Below are positions 43,770-58,900 of a stretch of 64,000 bases of DNA, in pieces (position 1 is the first letter of the stretch; each line of letters begins with the position of its first letter). Under the pieces are notes generated by a model. That model was not told where the DNA came from and ran no database searches. It saw only the letters and a program-made list of their open reading frames with translations. The translations under genes and the position numbers were made by a program. The DNA comes from Auanema rhodensis (Eukaryota; Animalia; Nematoda): positions 8,680,001 to 8,744,000 of the forward strand of contig OZ059894.1 in the NCBI GenBank assembly GCA_964057225.1, given 5' to 3'.

Positions 43770-46700
43770 TGCATTTTTTTTATCTATAAGTCATTCTTGT
43801 AATGATTGGTAATCTTTTGAAGTAATGCTTTTTATAGTTTGTTACCTTTATAAATAGATTGTTTCAATTTTATTCTTGATAAAAAGACTGACGACTTATG
43901 TGAAAAGCTATTATAGATGTAATTGCAATTGATTTGTTATAATCGTTTATCAAGCCATTAAATAATAAACTTCAAATGTATGCCATCGATTTACATTAAA
44001 GTAAAAATACTTCAAGAATATGTGAGATCAAGAAACAGGCATGTAGTTTGCTGTATTTCATAGATCAAAAGAGCAAGATAAAAATGCTGCGTTTACTTGT
44101 TTCAAACGGTGCATAGTTCTACCCATTTTTTTGATTTGGTTACTGATATAATAGCTTATTGATTTTTAATTTAACAAACGCAGGTACTCAGGGTTGAAAA
44201 ATAAATATACTTATGTAGTTTGAAAGGATTGCAGTTTCATAGTTATAGCATTTTACTACCAAACTGGCTTAAGCATTTTATGAATCGGGTAGTGGCTAAA
44301 CAGAATAATACATTTTTTTGAGTAGGAAACGGAGGGATAAAGAAACATTTATCTAATGCTTATCGCTACTAGTCGTCGCAAGATTTCTTATCAGGCTGGC
44401 TGACTGCAGTATTTTCAGTTCATTTCATATACTTCTTTCTCTTCTTATATTGAAATTTATTTACGTTTGACGTGATATGTAATAATATATTTGGATAACA
44501 GACAATCCATCGTTTTTTGTAACTGTTCCTGCTATATTTGAGATATAACTTCAAGTAATGTCTACGAAATTATGCATCATTGCTTCCGGCAGTAACGAGA
44601 GTGAGAGACACGTGCGTTTTTTTGGGCAATTTGGCTTATAATTCTATATTTGTGTTCTTCTTCTAAGCTGTGATGTTAAATAAATATATTATTTTTATTT
44701 CAAAAACTAGCTAGATGTAGTAGACAGGCAGATGGGTCATGAAAATATTTCTATCATAATAACCGTTTCCTGTTCCGCATTTCAAATTTCCTGTACCATT
44801 TACTCAGATATTTAAGCTCTCAATTGGATCTCAAACTGATCAAGTAGGGCATAGTACAACTTCGTTTAATATTTTAACAAGACTGAAGTCTTAACCCTTT
44901 ATCAGTATCAGTACACCAAACCATTGAATTTATGTTCGTATCTCTTGTTCAAGTTATTTCCCTTTCTCTTCACTGGTTACTTCACAATCTTATATTGTTG
45001 TTTCTGATATTTTGATACAATTTTTGGCTTCATTATCGCATAATCGTCAAGTTTTATATTATGATGAATATACTTTTGAAAAAAAAGTCAAAGTTTTGAG
45101 TTATTCTTTGAATACAACATTAATAAATGACTGGAATTTATTGAAAAATAATTGAATCACTATGAATACGGATAGAAATGAATGATAACAATTAGGCAAG
45201 CTCTTATTTTCATTCTTTACTGCTGTTCGTTTTCCATTTTTCTGTGCGCCAATTCTTATGCTTATGTCATCAATCCAGAAAAAAAAACATAAAATGTGGA
45301 AGAAAACCTGCAGTATCTATTTTTTCAAGCCCAAATATTACTTCTACATTTATTTTACTATGTATAAGTTGGTCGATTCATCCTGGTTCTACTATCTTAT
45401 ATCAAGTATCTATGCAAAAAATTCTCATAAAAGGGTAGTATAGTTAATCCTACGATGTTTTCAACAAATCTGTACTAGCGTCTAACATTCTCCTTTACAA
45501 TTTTCAGTAAGTGTATGTCCTGTTCGAGAGTCAAAGTTTCATCTACTGCTTCACCTTCAACAATTTCACAAGTTAAGATTTTAAAGTTTCAAGTTTATGA
45601 GTAATCTATGCGAAATCTATGTGTGTCATGCTTTTTTTATCTGTTAATGCTAAAATCTTAAATGTGACAGAAGCATCAACAATATTTCATTTGGATTTTT
45701 TTTAAACTGTAATCATTCATTATAATATTTATATTCTCAGTATTTGTCAATGAATAAGTGATAGCAGTAGAAGTGCCATTAACAGCTTTGATTCCAGCAA
45801 TGTGCCTCACATAATGTTCTTTCACATAATCCCAATTGAAATTGAAAGTTGAATTGATTCAAATCTAACTATTATAATTTGATATAAAATAAATAATATT
45901 TATTTAGATAAACTATGTATTTATAAGAGATAAACTACAGTCTTTTTCGTTGAACTTTTGAACTCTTTACGATCATAGTTTGAACAATTAACAATCAATC
46001 ACAACATCTTTATACATATTCGTCTATTATAACATCAATTTTAAACATTGTTTAAGCATAATTAGTGATTACTTCGAACAAAAAATTATAACAATTTTTG
46101 AGGAATTTTCTGATGAGTAAAGTTGTAATTAAAATTTATCCTATGTTAGAAGTACAGTATGATTATCCTGAATTACATAAAATCTTGTATTTTTTCTTTT
46201 TGGCAATATTTCAATTTTGGCCCAAATCTCATTCACAATATTCCATATTATCATTGCATTTATTGAATTGTTTCAAAATTTTTATTCACATTTATGTTAT
46301 TTTTCTATATATTTATCATTAAATAAATATATTCATGTATAAATGACTATACTCATGATTTCAGAGAAAATATGAGAAGTAACAATTACCTCACATGAAG
46401 CATTTATCAACTTTGTATGTTTCCAAAACGTTCCATCCTACCAACCATGAGATGCCTCGTAATCTGCTGTCACAGTTCAGGTACCAACTTTTTCTGTTTT
46501 TTCTGTGATTGTGTGTATTTCATATTTTGAATTTTTTTCTATTTTCTCTATTTGCAACAACTAATTGATCTATTTTCCTTTTAATTTTGTAATTTTATAA
46601 TACCTGAATGCTTTTTTCTTTCTATTTCCTCTCCCCATTCTTCGGTTCATCTAATTTTGGAAACTTTCTTTTTTATTAAAATTGCTCATTTTGATTACTA

Positions 46701-49700
46701 TCAGCTTAGCCAGTTTCCGCATATTACATCCGGAGCTTAACAGCACTTTATAAATAGTTTTAGTCAAATACTTGAAATTATATAGAAATCTAATAGAAAT
46801 ATATCTGCGCGTAAATGTGCAAAAACTGTAATTTCTTTCCATTTTCTACTGAAACGAGGATAAAAAATATTTAAAAAAACTGGATGATAAGTTCAAAAAT
46901 CAAAAAACAAAATGATTTTTCATCAAAAGTATTAAAATCATGATTATCAATGAATAATAGATTTTTTTTCTCGATGAAAAGCCTTTAATTATCAGTTTTA
47001 TCCAAAATTATCCGCGGGGGAGGTTTTACTTTTTGAATAGGAGTAATCACAGGTTGGAGAACAATTCAAGCTTTTCTACCTGAGATTTCACGTTCATTCG
47101 AAACTTATATTCGAACTTGTTTTCATTGAATATCTCAATTTGCCTAAATACAACATTTTATCTTTTATTCCAATGATAGCAGAAAAAAACATGAGAGCTT
47201 ATGGATTTCGGATTTTTCAGCATTTGCTTGATATCGTTCTTATCTGTCCGACTATGATCTGAATTATCCGTAGACGTTTAGCATGTCGAGTCACGTTGAG
47301 CAAGCGCTGCACACAATCATTGTTCATTTGTCCGTGAAGATGAGAGCCGTGAGGTTGCATTTTTGGTCGAACTACCTTTGAAAATATTTTTCGATAACCT
47401 CATACTTGCACACCACACGTCTCTCATGTCTGTACTTGGGTTTGTGTTCTTCCTTTAGTTGTGTTGTTGTCGGTTGAAGAAGTATATGCATATACAGAAA
47501 GAAAGAAAATTCTATTATACTTATGTACTGTTCTCTACTACTTTCTAACTCGTTTCTATTACCTGCATTTCCATTTTCTCAAGTAGAATAGATCTGCAGT
47601 TGTTCTGATGATAAAGCCGTGAATTTGCTAAGCTGTTTGAACATTATTTCTTTTTCATATTCTTACAATCTATTAAAGATTGGAAAGCTTTAAAAAATAC
47701 CTTTAAACATCAACATCTTTACTATGCTACTTGCTAAATTTCTTAAGCTATTGAATTCGTTATAAAGTCGCCGCTAACGTTTATGAGCGTTTTTTCCTCA
47801 CTCTTTTTGAATTCTCTTTTTGAATTCTCTTTTTCACTCTTTCTTACTCTTTCTTCATCTCTCGATCTACTCCAATCCTCTGTCTTGTAGCTTTACTAAT
47901 GTTCTCTTTTCCTCTCTTTATCTCTTTAGTTCTCTCTCGATTCATTTGCACCATTTTATAAGAAATAGTTTAGTTGCCCAAGTAATCCAAATTTTAGTGC
48001 CAGTTCTTTCACTAGAATGCAGTGACATCTGTTTACAAACTAAAGAAATTTTTTTTTATCTTTGATCGAAATAATATCTGATATGCATGTATACTATGAT
48101 GTAGTTTCAGACGTGTTCACCCTGTCTGTTCCTTTCAATTTCGAAGTTTGAATGTTCTGATCTAGAAGAGCTTGGGTATGATTCAAATAATGAATCAACT
48201 ATGAAATGATATAACTTCTACAAAGCTTTATATATTTATCAATAACTAGATTTGGATTTGACGTATGGTCTCTCTGCTATACATCTCACATAGATTTTTA
48301 TCATTTTTGAAATGTTGCAGGTTTCGAATAGTTTAAAAGCGGAGTCCATGCCTAAATACGTTTAGTCGAAACATTGTCTTTAATTATCTGATTAATAACT
48401 AAGTTAAAGCTGGGTTTCTTGTAATCAGTTGCTCTTTTGGCTCAAATTAGATCACTTCCGCTCATACCTTAACATCATGATCTTTTTCGTACTTTTAAAC
48501 AACCAGTCCGAACATCAAAATTTTGAATGTTCGGATGATAGGAATATCACTTAGTAACAATATTACTCCAAAATCGTTTTCTTAGTTCGTATAATTCGGT
48601 TAGTTGTATTTCTCACATTTCAAGCTTGAATTTCGTTTATGTGGATATGGCATTCCCGCAGATAGAGCTGATTCTTCAACGTTGTGCAATTTTTTACCAT
48701 TTTTCCTTTCTTCTATGCCGTTCTCTTAAGTTATTCTCTGTTGCGGCTGCGATTTCCCTTCCCCCTCTCTCTCTCTTTCTCTTTCTCTACCCCTCTATCT
48801 TTATCTCTCTCTCTCTTCCTCTCTCTACCCCTCTATCTTTATCTCCTTATCTACCCCCTCTTTCTTTCTCTCTCTCTTTCTTTGTCTACCCTTCTATCTT
48901 TATCTCTTTAACATTCGAGATATCCATATGGCTCCATACTCATTCTTCATCTCTTCTCTTTATTCTACAACATCTTTACAAGTCTTATTTCGAAGTCTTA
49001 ATAGCCTTGTGGTAGTGGTAAAGTAAAAGTATGGGAGTTATGCATCTCGTGATATATATGTTCATTCGTCTCTGCGATTGTTCCTTCCCTCTTTTCGTCC
49101 GCTCATTCTCTTTTTCTCCTGCTTCTCTCTATCTCTGTTCTTCTCTCACTCTCTCCATATTTAGCTGTCAATCGTTCGTCTCTAACTACCCCTTTCTTCA
49201 CCATTTTCTGCATCTTTCTCTCGGTTGTTGCTGCTGCTGCCGCTATAGCTGACGCTGCCGTCAACATCGTCGACATCGTCTACTCATCGATTATTGTGCC
49301 CTGCGGCAGTGTATAGCAGATGAAGAGAAAAAGAGGTTGTGAAGGATTGAGACAGGGACATTGCAAGCGACAATAGAAAACATGGAGAGGAGAGAGGAGA
49401 GAGATCGATGTTGAGCATAAGAAGCACAACGAATGCCAGAGAAGCAGACAGCTGAGATGAAGAGTTGAGCAGAACGTGTGGGCCAACAAGACAAGCCTCA
49501 ACCACGAAATCATTGAGAAAATCGAGAGAGAACCAGAGATGACCAGACAGCATGAGAGATGTTAGGAAATATGCCCGTTGTGCAAGAGACGCCCAGGAGC
49601 CCATGCCCAATGTGCCAGGGCTGGCTGCTTTGGCCGTCTCAAGCCTCAGTCTTCTCTATCTCTTCAGTCCCCTCTACCACTCTCGCGTCTCTTCATCACA

Positions 49701-50963
49701 TCACGTTCTCTCCAACTTTGTTTCTACTATTACTCCATTTCATCCACTCTTTCCTCAATTCTTGCACTAGCTCTCTGCTCTTCATTTCCCTGCTTGATAT
49801 CTTCGCTCTACATCTCTTTTCTTTCTTGCACTCTCTTTATCTGCTCTTTTCTATTTCGTTCTCACCCCCTCATTCCTTTCAAGTCTCAACTGCGTTCTCA
49901 CTACTGCGTGCTTCTCTCTTCTTTTCTACACCATCTCTTGCCTTCCCAGAATCAGCTTTGCGTCTTAGACCTATAGCAAATCAGCCCAGAAGGCACCCCA
50001 TGGATTTGCCGATTTACTCCTTCGGCTGCTGCTCATCATATTCATTTCCCTGTTCGCACTATTAATCAAGGAATAGTTATAATCATGATTATCAATTTAT
50101 GGCATTGAAGAAGAAGAAGACGAGAAGAGAAATGAAATTTTCGTGTTCTTTCAGCGTCATCAACATCTTTGTCACATTTTTTTTCAATTTTACCAAATAT
50201 AATTTTGTCATTCAATGCATGTATCCTGCAATATCCTCTCTCTCTTTCTCTCTATCTTTCTCTCTCTTTTTCTCTCTCTCTCTTTCTCTTTCTTTTTCTC
50301 TCTCTCTCTTTCTCTCTTTGTCTACTTTTTGTGTTGTCTGACTTCTCTCTTTTGCTCTTTTTTCTTTTCCCCATATGTATATTCACTCCAATTTAAGAAA
50401 ACTATCTGTTTGGACTACTAGTTGAATTTTATGTTTAGTTTGTGATATGAATACCAACTAAAACTTTCTTTTTGAGATGTTTTCTTTGAATCTCTGTTGT
50501 CTTCCCTTCAGTTTTTAGATTCCACACTTTGCTCTCTCTTTCTCTCCCTCCCTCTTTCATTTTTCTCTCTCCCTCTCTTCATCATTCCTTGCAACTCTCA
50601 GTTTTCTTTCTCTTTCCCTCTCAACATTTCTCTCAATATGAGTCTCGTCAACAATCCGTTTATATCACCTCAATCTTCTATTCTCACATGCGTGTATATA
50701 CTGGTATGTATCACATATCTTAACTCACACATAATAATTCTTATATCTTCGAAATGTCCTCTCTCTCGCTGACCTTTGTTTCTACTAATTTACAAAAAAG
50801 ATTTTGTTGGAAATTGCTCAGACCACCTAGAACGACGTCAATTTTTCTTCTGGCCCCCCTCTTTCATGCTTGATATTTTCATCAGACTGATAATAATTAG
50901 TAATTGTCTGCTTTGTAACTTTTTTCCGTCTAAAAGTTAATTTGTCGTGACATATACACATTC

Positions 50964-50967
<4 letters not shown>

Positions 50968-51010
<43 letters not shown>
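50968..51010. repeat. (TA)n microsatellite
   Basis: Visible TA run. Confidence 0.95.
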
Positions 51011-51013
<3 letters not shown>

Positions 51014-54000
51014 CTATATAGTTTTCTGATAGTATACAAACTATTTCAGAAAATGTTGCTAAAAACGTTTTTTTCTCATTTTCATGCTGAAAAAAGCATC
51101 ATTTTTCATTTTTTTATAAGATGAACTAGACGTTAAAATGCCATGATTATCTCAACAAATGCTTTGAGAAGATTTGGAGAGGGACACCTAGTTTCCTTTT
51201 CTTCCCTCCAGTATTTTTATCTTTTTCCTTTCACTCTCTCTCTTTCTTTATCTCTCTTTTTCATTATTATCATCATCTGTCTCTTTTCTCTTCATCTATG
51301 TTGCTCAATAATCCTTATTGCGTTCAATTCTTATTGTTATTGGCTTTGAAAACATTTTAAAGTGGACCCAGGAATTCAAACTTTCATTTCTCTCGTAATC
51401 AACAGCTGATTTGATAGAGAATTATTGAGACTAATATCACAATTTGATACTGAACTTCATGGTCAACTCATGCTTTCGTATACATTCTACTTCTGATGTT
51501 ATTTTGTGTTCGTTAAGTTAAGATATGTTCTGTTGTTAGGTGGTCTTGAACTACAAACACAATGCTACTGATCAAGCCTAAATCTAACTCTGTCACACAA
51601 TACATCTTACTTTCATTTCTTTCTTTTTTTTGTCTTCCTGATTCTGCTGATATGTAGATACATATTAGGAGAAGCTTATCTGACTAGCTAACAATCTCGA
51701 AAATCTCAATCATGCCATCGATATCTAGCCATCAAATCTGATTTTCTCACTGCCCTTCCTATTCTACGTTTCTCACATTTTCTAGCATATTCGTTTTGTT
51801 TTCTGAAAATGTTTCTTCTTTGTAATTCAATCTAAATTGTCACCTAGAGTTTAAACAATTTATCTTCTCTGAGGTAAATGATTCGATATTCATATTTCGG
51901 GGTTTACTTCTTTTTCTCGTATCCTTGTATTCACCTCCCCCTCTCTCTTTGTATACCTCTCTCTCTCTCTCTTTGTACCCATCTCTCTTTGTACCTATCT
52001 CTCTTTGTACCTCTCTCTCTTTATCTATCGTGTCTTAATTCCTTTTCTTCACTCTTCTACCCTCATTCTATCTCTATTCTCTCTGTCTTCTCTCCTTATT
52101 TCCAAGCTTATACAGATTTTCATATATACATAGGTTTTGATGTCAAATAAGAAAAAGGTTGTGAGGGAAACTAACTTTTAGCCACAAATATACAATGAGA
52201 AAGGCTTTTTGCTTTGTCATTATCTGCTCAGAACAATGCTTTGCTTATAACGTACAAATATGTTGCCTTCACTTTGACATCAATCATATTTCTTGCTTTT
52301 ATAAAAGATTTCTCATCTTCTATATTTTAGTTATTTTGCATTTTTCTTTTATTTCGTTCTTATGTCATGATATTTACATCTTTTTTTCCTTTTCCGTATA
52401 TCGAAATATACGAGCAATCGTCTTTGTTCACGCGGAAAATTTTGAATTAAAGAATTGTTCGGCGAATTCTTTCTACAACCGTAATTTGACTAAGCTTTTC
52501 ATATTATTACTCACTACTCCACATCATTCTTGTGATCTCTTTATCACACATTTCCTAAATTTTCTCTGCCTTCTAATCCTCTGTACCTCCTTCTATTCCT
52601 TCTTGACTTTCCTTTTTTCTTCGTAGTCTCGTCATCCCTCCTTTCTTCTTCTCTTGTTCCTCTCACTTTTCGCTTTTTTTCTTTTCATTTCATCAACTGC
52701 ATTAGTAGACTAGCCTTTGGCATTGGCTGCCATCATAGCCCAAAGAAATCCGTGCGCTTTCTTCCGTTTCCAGCTAGTCAAGGAGGCTTTCCGACTTCAA
52801 GCTGTAGTGGATCGAGTTGGCTAGAAGGCTCCATTAGCTGTTTCTGTTCCTCAAATAGATAAAGATAGAAACTGCTGTCTCTCTATTTCTTTTTTCCCTC
52901 TCTTCATTTCTCTCTCTGTCTCTTTGAGTTCCCTTCCAATAGTTCTTCCTTTTCAGCTTTAGAATCTCAGCACTGTGACATTCTCTCTCTTCCTTTCTCT
53001 CTTTCCTTCGTTTTCTCTCTGTCCCTTTCTCTCTCTCCCTCTCTCGTATCATTTTTCCCTCTCTTGGTCATCTTTCAGTTCATCCTGTTCTCATATTATC
53101 ATTCGTATCTGTCCTTTTCTAATGGTTCAAACAAGCGTTGAGCTCTAATATTAAAGCCCCAGAATAGCTTATTATAAGGCTTTCTCATTGAGCATTAAGC
53201 ACAAAGAGAATCTCCACTGTTTCCTAGGTGTTTGAATGCATATATCTATGTGTTAGTCTCGCTCATATCGTTTGTATCAATGCAGTTGTCAGTATATACG
53301 TTTCAAACAAAATACATGTTTGTATATTCTATTTCCTTATTCAACGTATATTTTCATTTTTCTTCCATTTCTGCTAAGTAATAGATGTAATCTGCTTTAT
53401 TGTTATCCTTATCCAATAGCATTGTATAGCTTGCTAATCAAGCCACCTTGATCTAACTATTTTAAAAATTCTCATTTTCGTATGCTACTTGCTAGCTGTT
53501 TCTCCGTTTTATCTGAAAAAACTTCATTATATGGCAGCTCCTCTTCAGTTTTCTAAGCTAAAGCACTTGCTTCACATTTGGAATCTCTGAAGCTTAAGCT
53601 CGTTATTGACATCATATGAATAGATAGATGTGAAAAGCGATACATCATTGTCAAATAGTCCATATTACAAGTTTCATTCACACATTTTCTATCATTTATT
53701 TCAATATTTTATCTGAAAAAAACCATCTTTACCATAGATTTTCATAAGAACTGCTGGTATTATTGACATGACATTGAGGCGAAAATGCGAGAATTGTTTG
53801 TTCATATAAACGTTTCAAAGCTTCTGAACGTCTTATTCATAGTTTTATCTTTTCACTAGGATTCTGACAGTCGTTTCTTGTTCCTTGTTAAGTCCTTGTC
53901 TCCTTCACCTACGCTGGAGTGTTTGTTTCATTTTCTAGTAGAAATTATCTGTTCTCAACCAATTCAGCCCGAAAGCTTGTGACGTGCTATACTCTCTATT

Positions 54001-55555
54001 AGTACATGCTTTTCTATTTAAAAGTTGAAACTTCATTCTTTAAAGATGACTCTGTTTTTCAAGCTTAACGTGTAAATTAGGTCACTTTTAAAAGATGATC
54101 TTCGTTGTGTTTTCTATCTAAGCGCAAGTTCTGAGCTTGAAATATGGAGAAAGAAAGATGGAGAAACGTGCATACGGGATGATTTACGCGAGAGAGCTTG
54201 CAAATTGAATAGAGAGAAAAAAGAAAGAAGTCGCAAACTACTAACTGAAGCTGCTCTCGAATTTCGTTTCTTTAGCAATGTGCTTTACGTGCGTTTTGGC
54301 TTCATTCCAGAGTGCTCAGGACAGCCGTCATTCTTGTTGTCATTGTCTGGCTTGAAAGAAAGCTGAAATCGCTAAAACATGATGCAATTTCTGCACTGCC
54401 TCATCCAAAATCCGAAAAAGAATCCTTTCATTTTCGCTCTTCTTTATCGCTGTTTTCAACGTGAATCCTCTTGCTAAGCATTTGCTCCGCATACTTGAGG
54501 ACTCTTGTTGCCTGTGGCTAAATGCTGAAAAGGTCAGCAGTGGTTGAGGCGATATTCGGAATTCCGCCCTTGTTTTCTGCTGGGAAAGGTAGACGTCTAA
54601 CGGCTTTGGACACCCCAGCCAGTCTGCTGAGCTTAGAGAGAGAGTGAACATGCACGCTATGAATGAAAAGTCTTGTGGGAATTGCTCGAACTCGTCCATT
54701 GATTCTTAGTTTATAACAGTTGAGTAAGTAAACCAAAAGTAAAAAAATGTTATGATTAAGTTAACTATATGCTTGTTATTTATTTTTTGTACTTTTAAAA
54801 TAAGAAGAAGGTTCATTGAACAGAATAATGTGTTGTCTTTGAACGTAGAACATAGTCTGGAACTCACTTACTTCTTAAATCACTTTCTCCTTCAATCAGT
54901 CGGCTGATAAGTTAATGAGATAGAGCAAATAGAATGACAAGATATTGAGAGAGAGAGAAAGGGAGAGAGAGGGAGATAGAGAGACAGACAGACAGAGAGA
55001 AAAATGAACTAAAAGGAGATGAGATTTAGAATTGAGAGGTTTCAAGAACGAACGTGAAGAATACATAAGTTCAAATGTGCACGCTGCGTATGGCAGAGTC
55101 TCCAGAATAGACTCACTCGTCGTGCTAGAGTTTATGAGAAGAGGAGGACCGAAAAAGAAAAGAAATGAAGATATATTTCGTCATTGAATAGGCTCAATAG
55201 CTCATGTGTCTCCTTCATCACTTTGCTTGTGTGGCATGTTTCGAGTCGGAATCTTCTCTCTTTCTTCTTTCCTCTGCCTTGTTGCATCTCTCCCGCCTTT
55301 TCAGCATGCTTGTCAAACCCTAATTCCCTACATCCCCCCTCTCTCTCTCTTTCTTTTTTGATGTATTTTTTACCTCTATCCATCAGTGTTCTTCTCGAAA
55401 TGTGCCAGAAGACTCATTTTCTCAAATAATTACAACAAATGAACAAGATAGAAATCATAATTTCAGTTGCCCCAGTCACTCAAGACTTGATAAACCCAAC
55501 TCGTTCGGTTATCCTCACTAATTTTCTCGTTTTATTTTCCGTTTTTGGCTCTTCT

Positions 55556-55922
55556 GCATATGTTGCCACCTTCTCTCCCCTCCCCCATTGCTATTGAAAT
55601 GCACATTTCTTAGCGGTTCATTAAATTAAACAGATACCAAGTACCTAGGCTTAGGTTTATTAACTCCCTGAAGTTTTGTGAGGCCCAAGCTCAGGTTTAA
55701 AATTAGACTTAGGCTTAAGCTTAGGATTAAGCTTAGACTTGGGCTTATTATAGCCTCGGATAGAATAAAATAAAAAACCATTAAATAATTAAATAATTTT
55801 TATTGTTTTTTTTTTGATTTTTGATAACAACTAATATCATTTAATATTCTATCAAAAATATTTTCTCCAGCTTATTTTTTCTATATATGAATTCACAGAG
55901 GGGAGGGGGTGGCAATATATGC
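55556..55922. mobile_element. MITE-like element with terminal inverted repeats and internal degenerate TTAGGC repeats
   Basis: Left end GCATATGTTGCCACC..CCCCTCCCC; right end GAGGGGAGGGGGTGGCAATATATGC. Internal TTAGACTTAGGCTTAAGCTTAGGATTAAGCTTAGAC. Confidence 0.6.
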
Positions 55923-58900
55923 CGTTTTTTTTCTGTAAAATTTAAAAAAACAATCTAACTCTATATCAATAGTATCATTATGACCTCCCGAGTACTTTCT
56001 CTTATTTCGGCAATAAGAGCTTAACATTAAGTAGACGTTTTCCTTTTTTTTTCATCTTTTACTGGTTTTTTGTCCATCTTCTGAATGTCTCAAGCTGCCA
56101 GATTAGCTCAGCTAAAGCTCTCTTATCTTCGTCGCCAACACCGGTATTTGCATCCTGCTTGGTGTCATAATGTGCCAACATTGGCGAATGCATTGCTTCA
56201 AGGCTTTTAAATGAATCTTATGAACGAAAAAGAGTCATATAGAGAGTGAAGATGTAAAATGGAAGGTGTTGAAAAGAAAAAAAAACCTGACATCGATGAG
56301 GTAAATAGACGGGAAGACGTAAAGAAAATGAAGTAAAGCATTGGCGAAAATGAGATATAGCTGCAACCTGATAAGCCTGTAGACAATAAGCATCATATCC
56401 TATAATCTGATGTTAAAATTATTGAATATGGAAATATTGATAAAGCTTTATCGCATTCCTTGTAGTTTTGATAAAGTATCAATTCATGTTGTTTCCCACT
56501 ATAAGCTAGCTATGGAAAGACATTCTCATTGTATGTTTATAAATGATTTTTCATTCTACTCGTGATGACAAAAAAATTTCAGTCCAAACGACAATATTTC
56601 ACATCAACATTCTTTACAAATTTGTATTATCATCATTTCGTTATATATTTTGTTGAAAATAAAATGTATGAATGAGATAAAACTAGGAGTTAGAAATGAT
56701 GAGCAATAGGCTTGAAGTTGGTGGGGTCGACTCCAAGACAACACCCAAATGCTGTTACCATAATCGTGTTTTTCTTTTCTTTCCAAGCCCGACTTTGCTT
56801 CTTTTTTCGTCGGAAACTTTGCTTCTGTTTCCTGTGTCGGTAATGCCGTCGATTTGCTCTTTTTCTTTCTGTTCCTCTATTCCCCTCTCAATTGCTGTCT
56901 ATTTCTTTCTTCTACTCAGCCTCCACTCTCTCATTTGTCCTCTCTCTCTATATATATACATATATCTATCTGTTTCGTTTTCTCTCATGTTATCACCCTC
57001 TTACTACTCTGACTTTCCCCCTTTCCCCTCCCTCTGCCCTCCCCCTCTTTCTCTCAATCAAAGTATTGCTCTTTCTCTTTTCTCCCTTTTTTTGTTGAAA
57101 TCGCAACAGACATTCTTTCATGACCGATTGTGAATCTGATTTGCTCATTCAACCACTTGTCTCTAATCTGTAGAATTCTTCTTTCTTCTCATCATGATGC
57201 TATAATTCCATTTCATGTGAGAACAGTTCAAAGAATTTGATTCGCTCGTATATGGTTGTGACTGTCTGTACTTCATTCATATCTTCTCGAATAATCCTGA
57301 AACATGATGAGAAATGAGAATATTTTAAAATCTTCATATATTCAACAACCAGTTTTGCCGTTAACAAAGTATTTGAATATCAATTCATCTGTATCTCAAC
57401 CATTTTGACAGGTTCGAGAGAATAAAGTTGTTTGTTTCTCTCAACCTTCAACATATCTATATAATATTATTTTCTATCTAAGCTTCAGCTTCGCTTTCTG
57501 TCCCCGTTTCCAAGCTTTCAACTGCAACTTGCTAGCAGCCTAAAAACATATTTATCTATATCAAATTGATATCTTATATCAATTATACTGAATATATCTT
57601 TTTATTTATCTTAAAAATTTACATTTGAAAATATTCCTTTTCTGGCAGTTTCTGAATGATGATTCATTTCATCCATCCATATGTTAGAGCATAAGTTAGC
57701 TATGTCATCATCAAGAAAAATATTTAATGAATACGTATCTTCCGCACTCATATACATATCGTATAAAGAGTTTTCATTCATTTATATTTTAAATATTTCA
57801 AACCTACTTATGCGTATGTTGTTCTGATGATGAATTTGAAAATCAAATTCCCAAAATTGTCTTATATGTATATATTTGTAAAGCATTCATATGTTGAATC
57901 GATTAACCATTTATTAAATGTTTCATATTATTCCAGCAACAGCATTTTTTTTCGGTTATTTCTTGTTATTTTTCATTGTTTTTTTTACTTTTTCAATAGC
58001 CTTTTTATATTCAATCATGAAAAGTTGATCTAATTTCTGAACCTTGTACTCTCATGTTTTTCTTTTTTTTGTTGTACAGAACAAATAAGCATTATGCTGC
58101 ATGCGTCTATTAGCTTCACCATCTACGTTCTGTTTCCACAATTCTTTTGATCATTACCAAATCTCAGAGAGTACTCGCTAACTGTCGTGTTCCATTTCAT
58201 AGCCTTCCCTTCTTCTCCCTTCTCTCACCCCTCTGGCAGGATAGCTTGTTGTCTTTTCATACCACATCTTCTTTCTCCTCATTACATCTGACAAGAAATG
58301 AGAAGAGACTGAGAATTAAACCAACTCAACCCAATAACCAATTTGTTTATGCTTCATATTCACAAGCAATTATTATCGTAAAAACCATGCTCGAACAGAT
58401 GCTTCTTTCTCCGTGTGTTTCTCTCACCTCCACCCACCCCTTCCCAGTCACTCATTCTCACTGATTCATTCCGCCCCCAGAAAGGTCTTCGCATCATACT
58501 ATTCCTGAATATAATATCAGTAAAAAGTGCAAAACCTACAGCTAACCCGTGAGTCTTTTTTTTCCTTTTTTTTCATTGTTATCTTAAAAATTATTTACAT
58601 GGCAGCGCCGTGTGGCAGAAGAATAGAACGAGAGAAGCCATGTGTTTTCTTTACTTCTGTCCTATTCTTTCTTCTTCTTCTTCTTCTTCTTTTGCAGATT
58701 GAAGTGGAAAAAAGAAAAAAAGTAAACTACAGCGTTTACATGTGATTTCTCTTCATCTGTTTCATATACATATACATATATCATCGCATATTCAATATAC
58801 AGGTTTTACTCAACTGTTTTACCTTTTTTGGCTTCTAATGACGACAACTTATGTTTTAATCCTCATTTTCATTCAAGTATCAACACAAAGTTTTCTTTTT

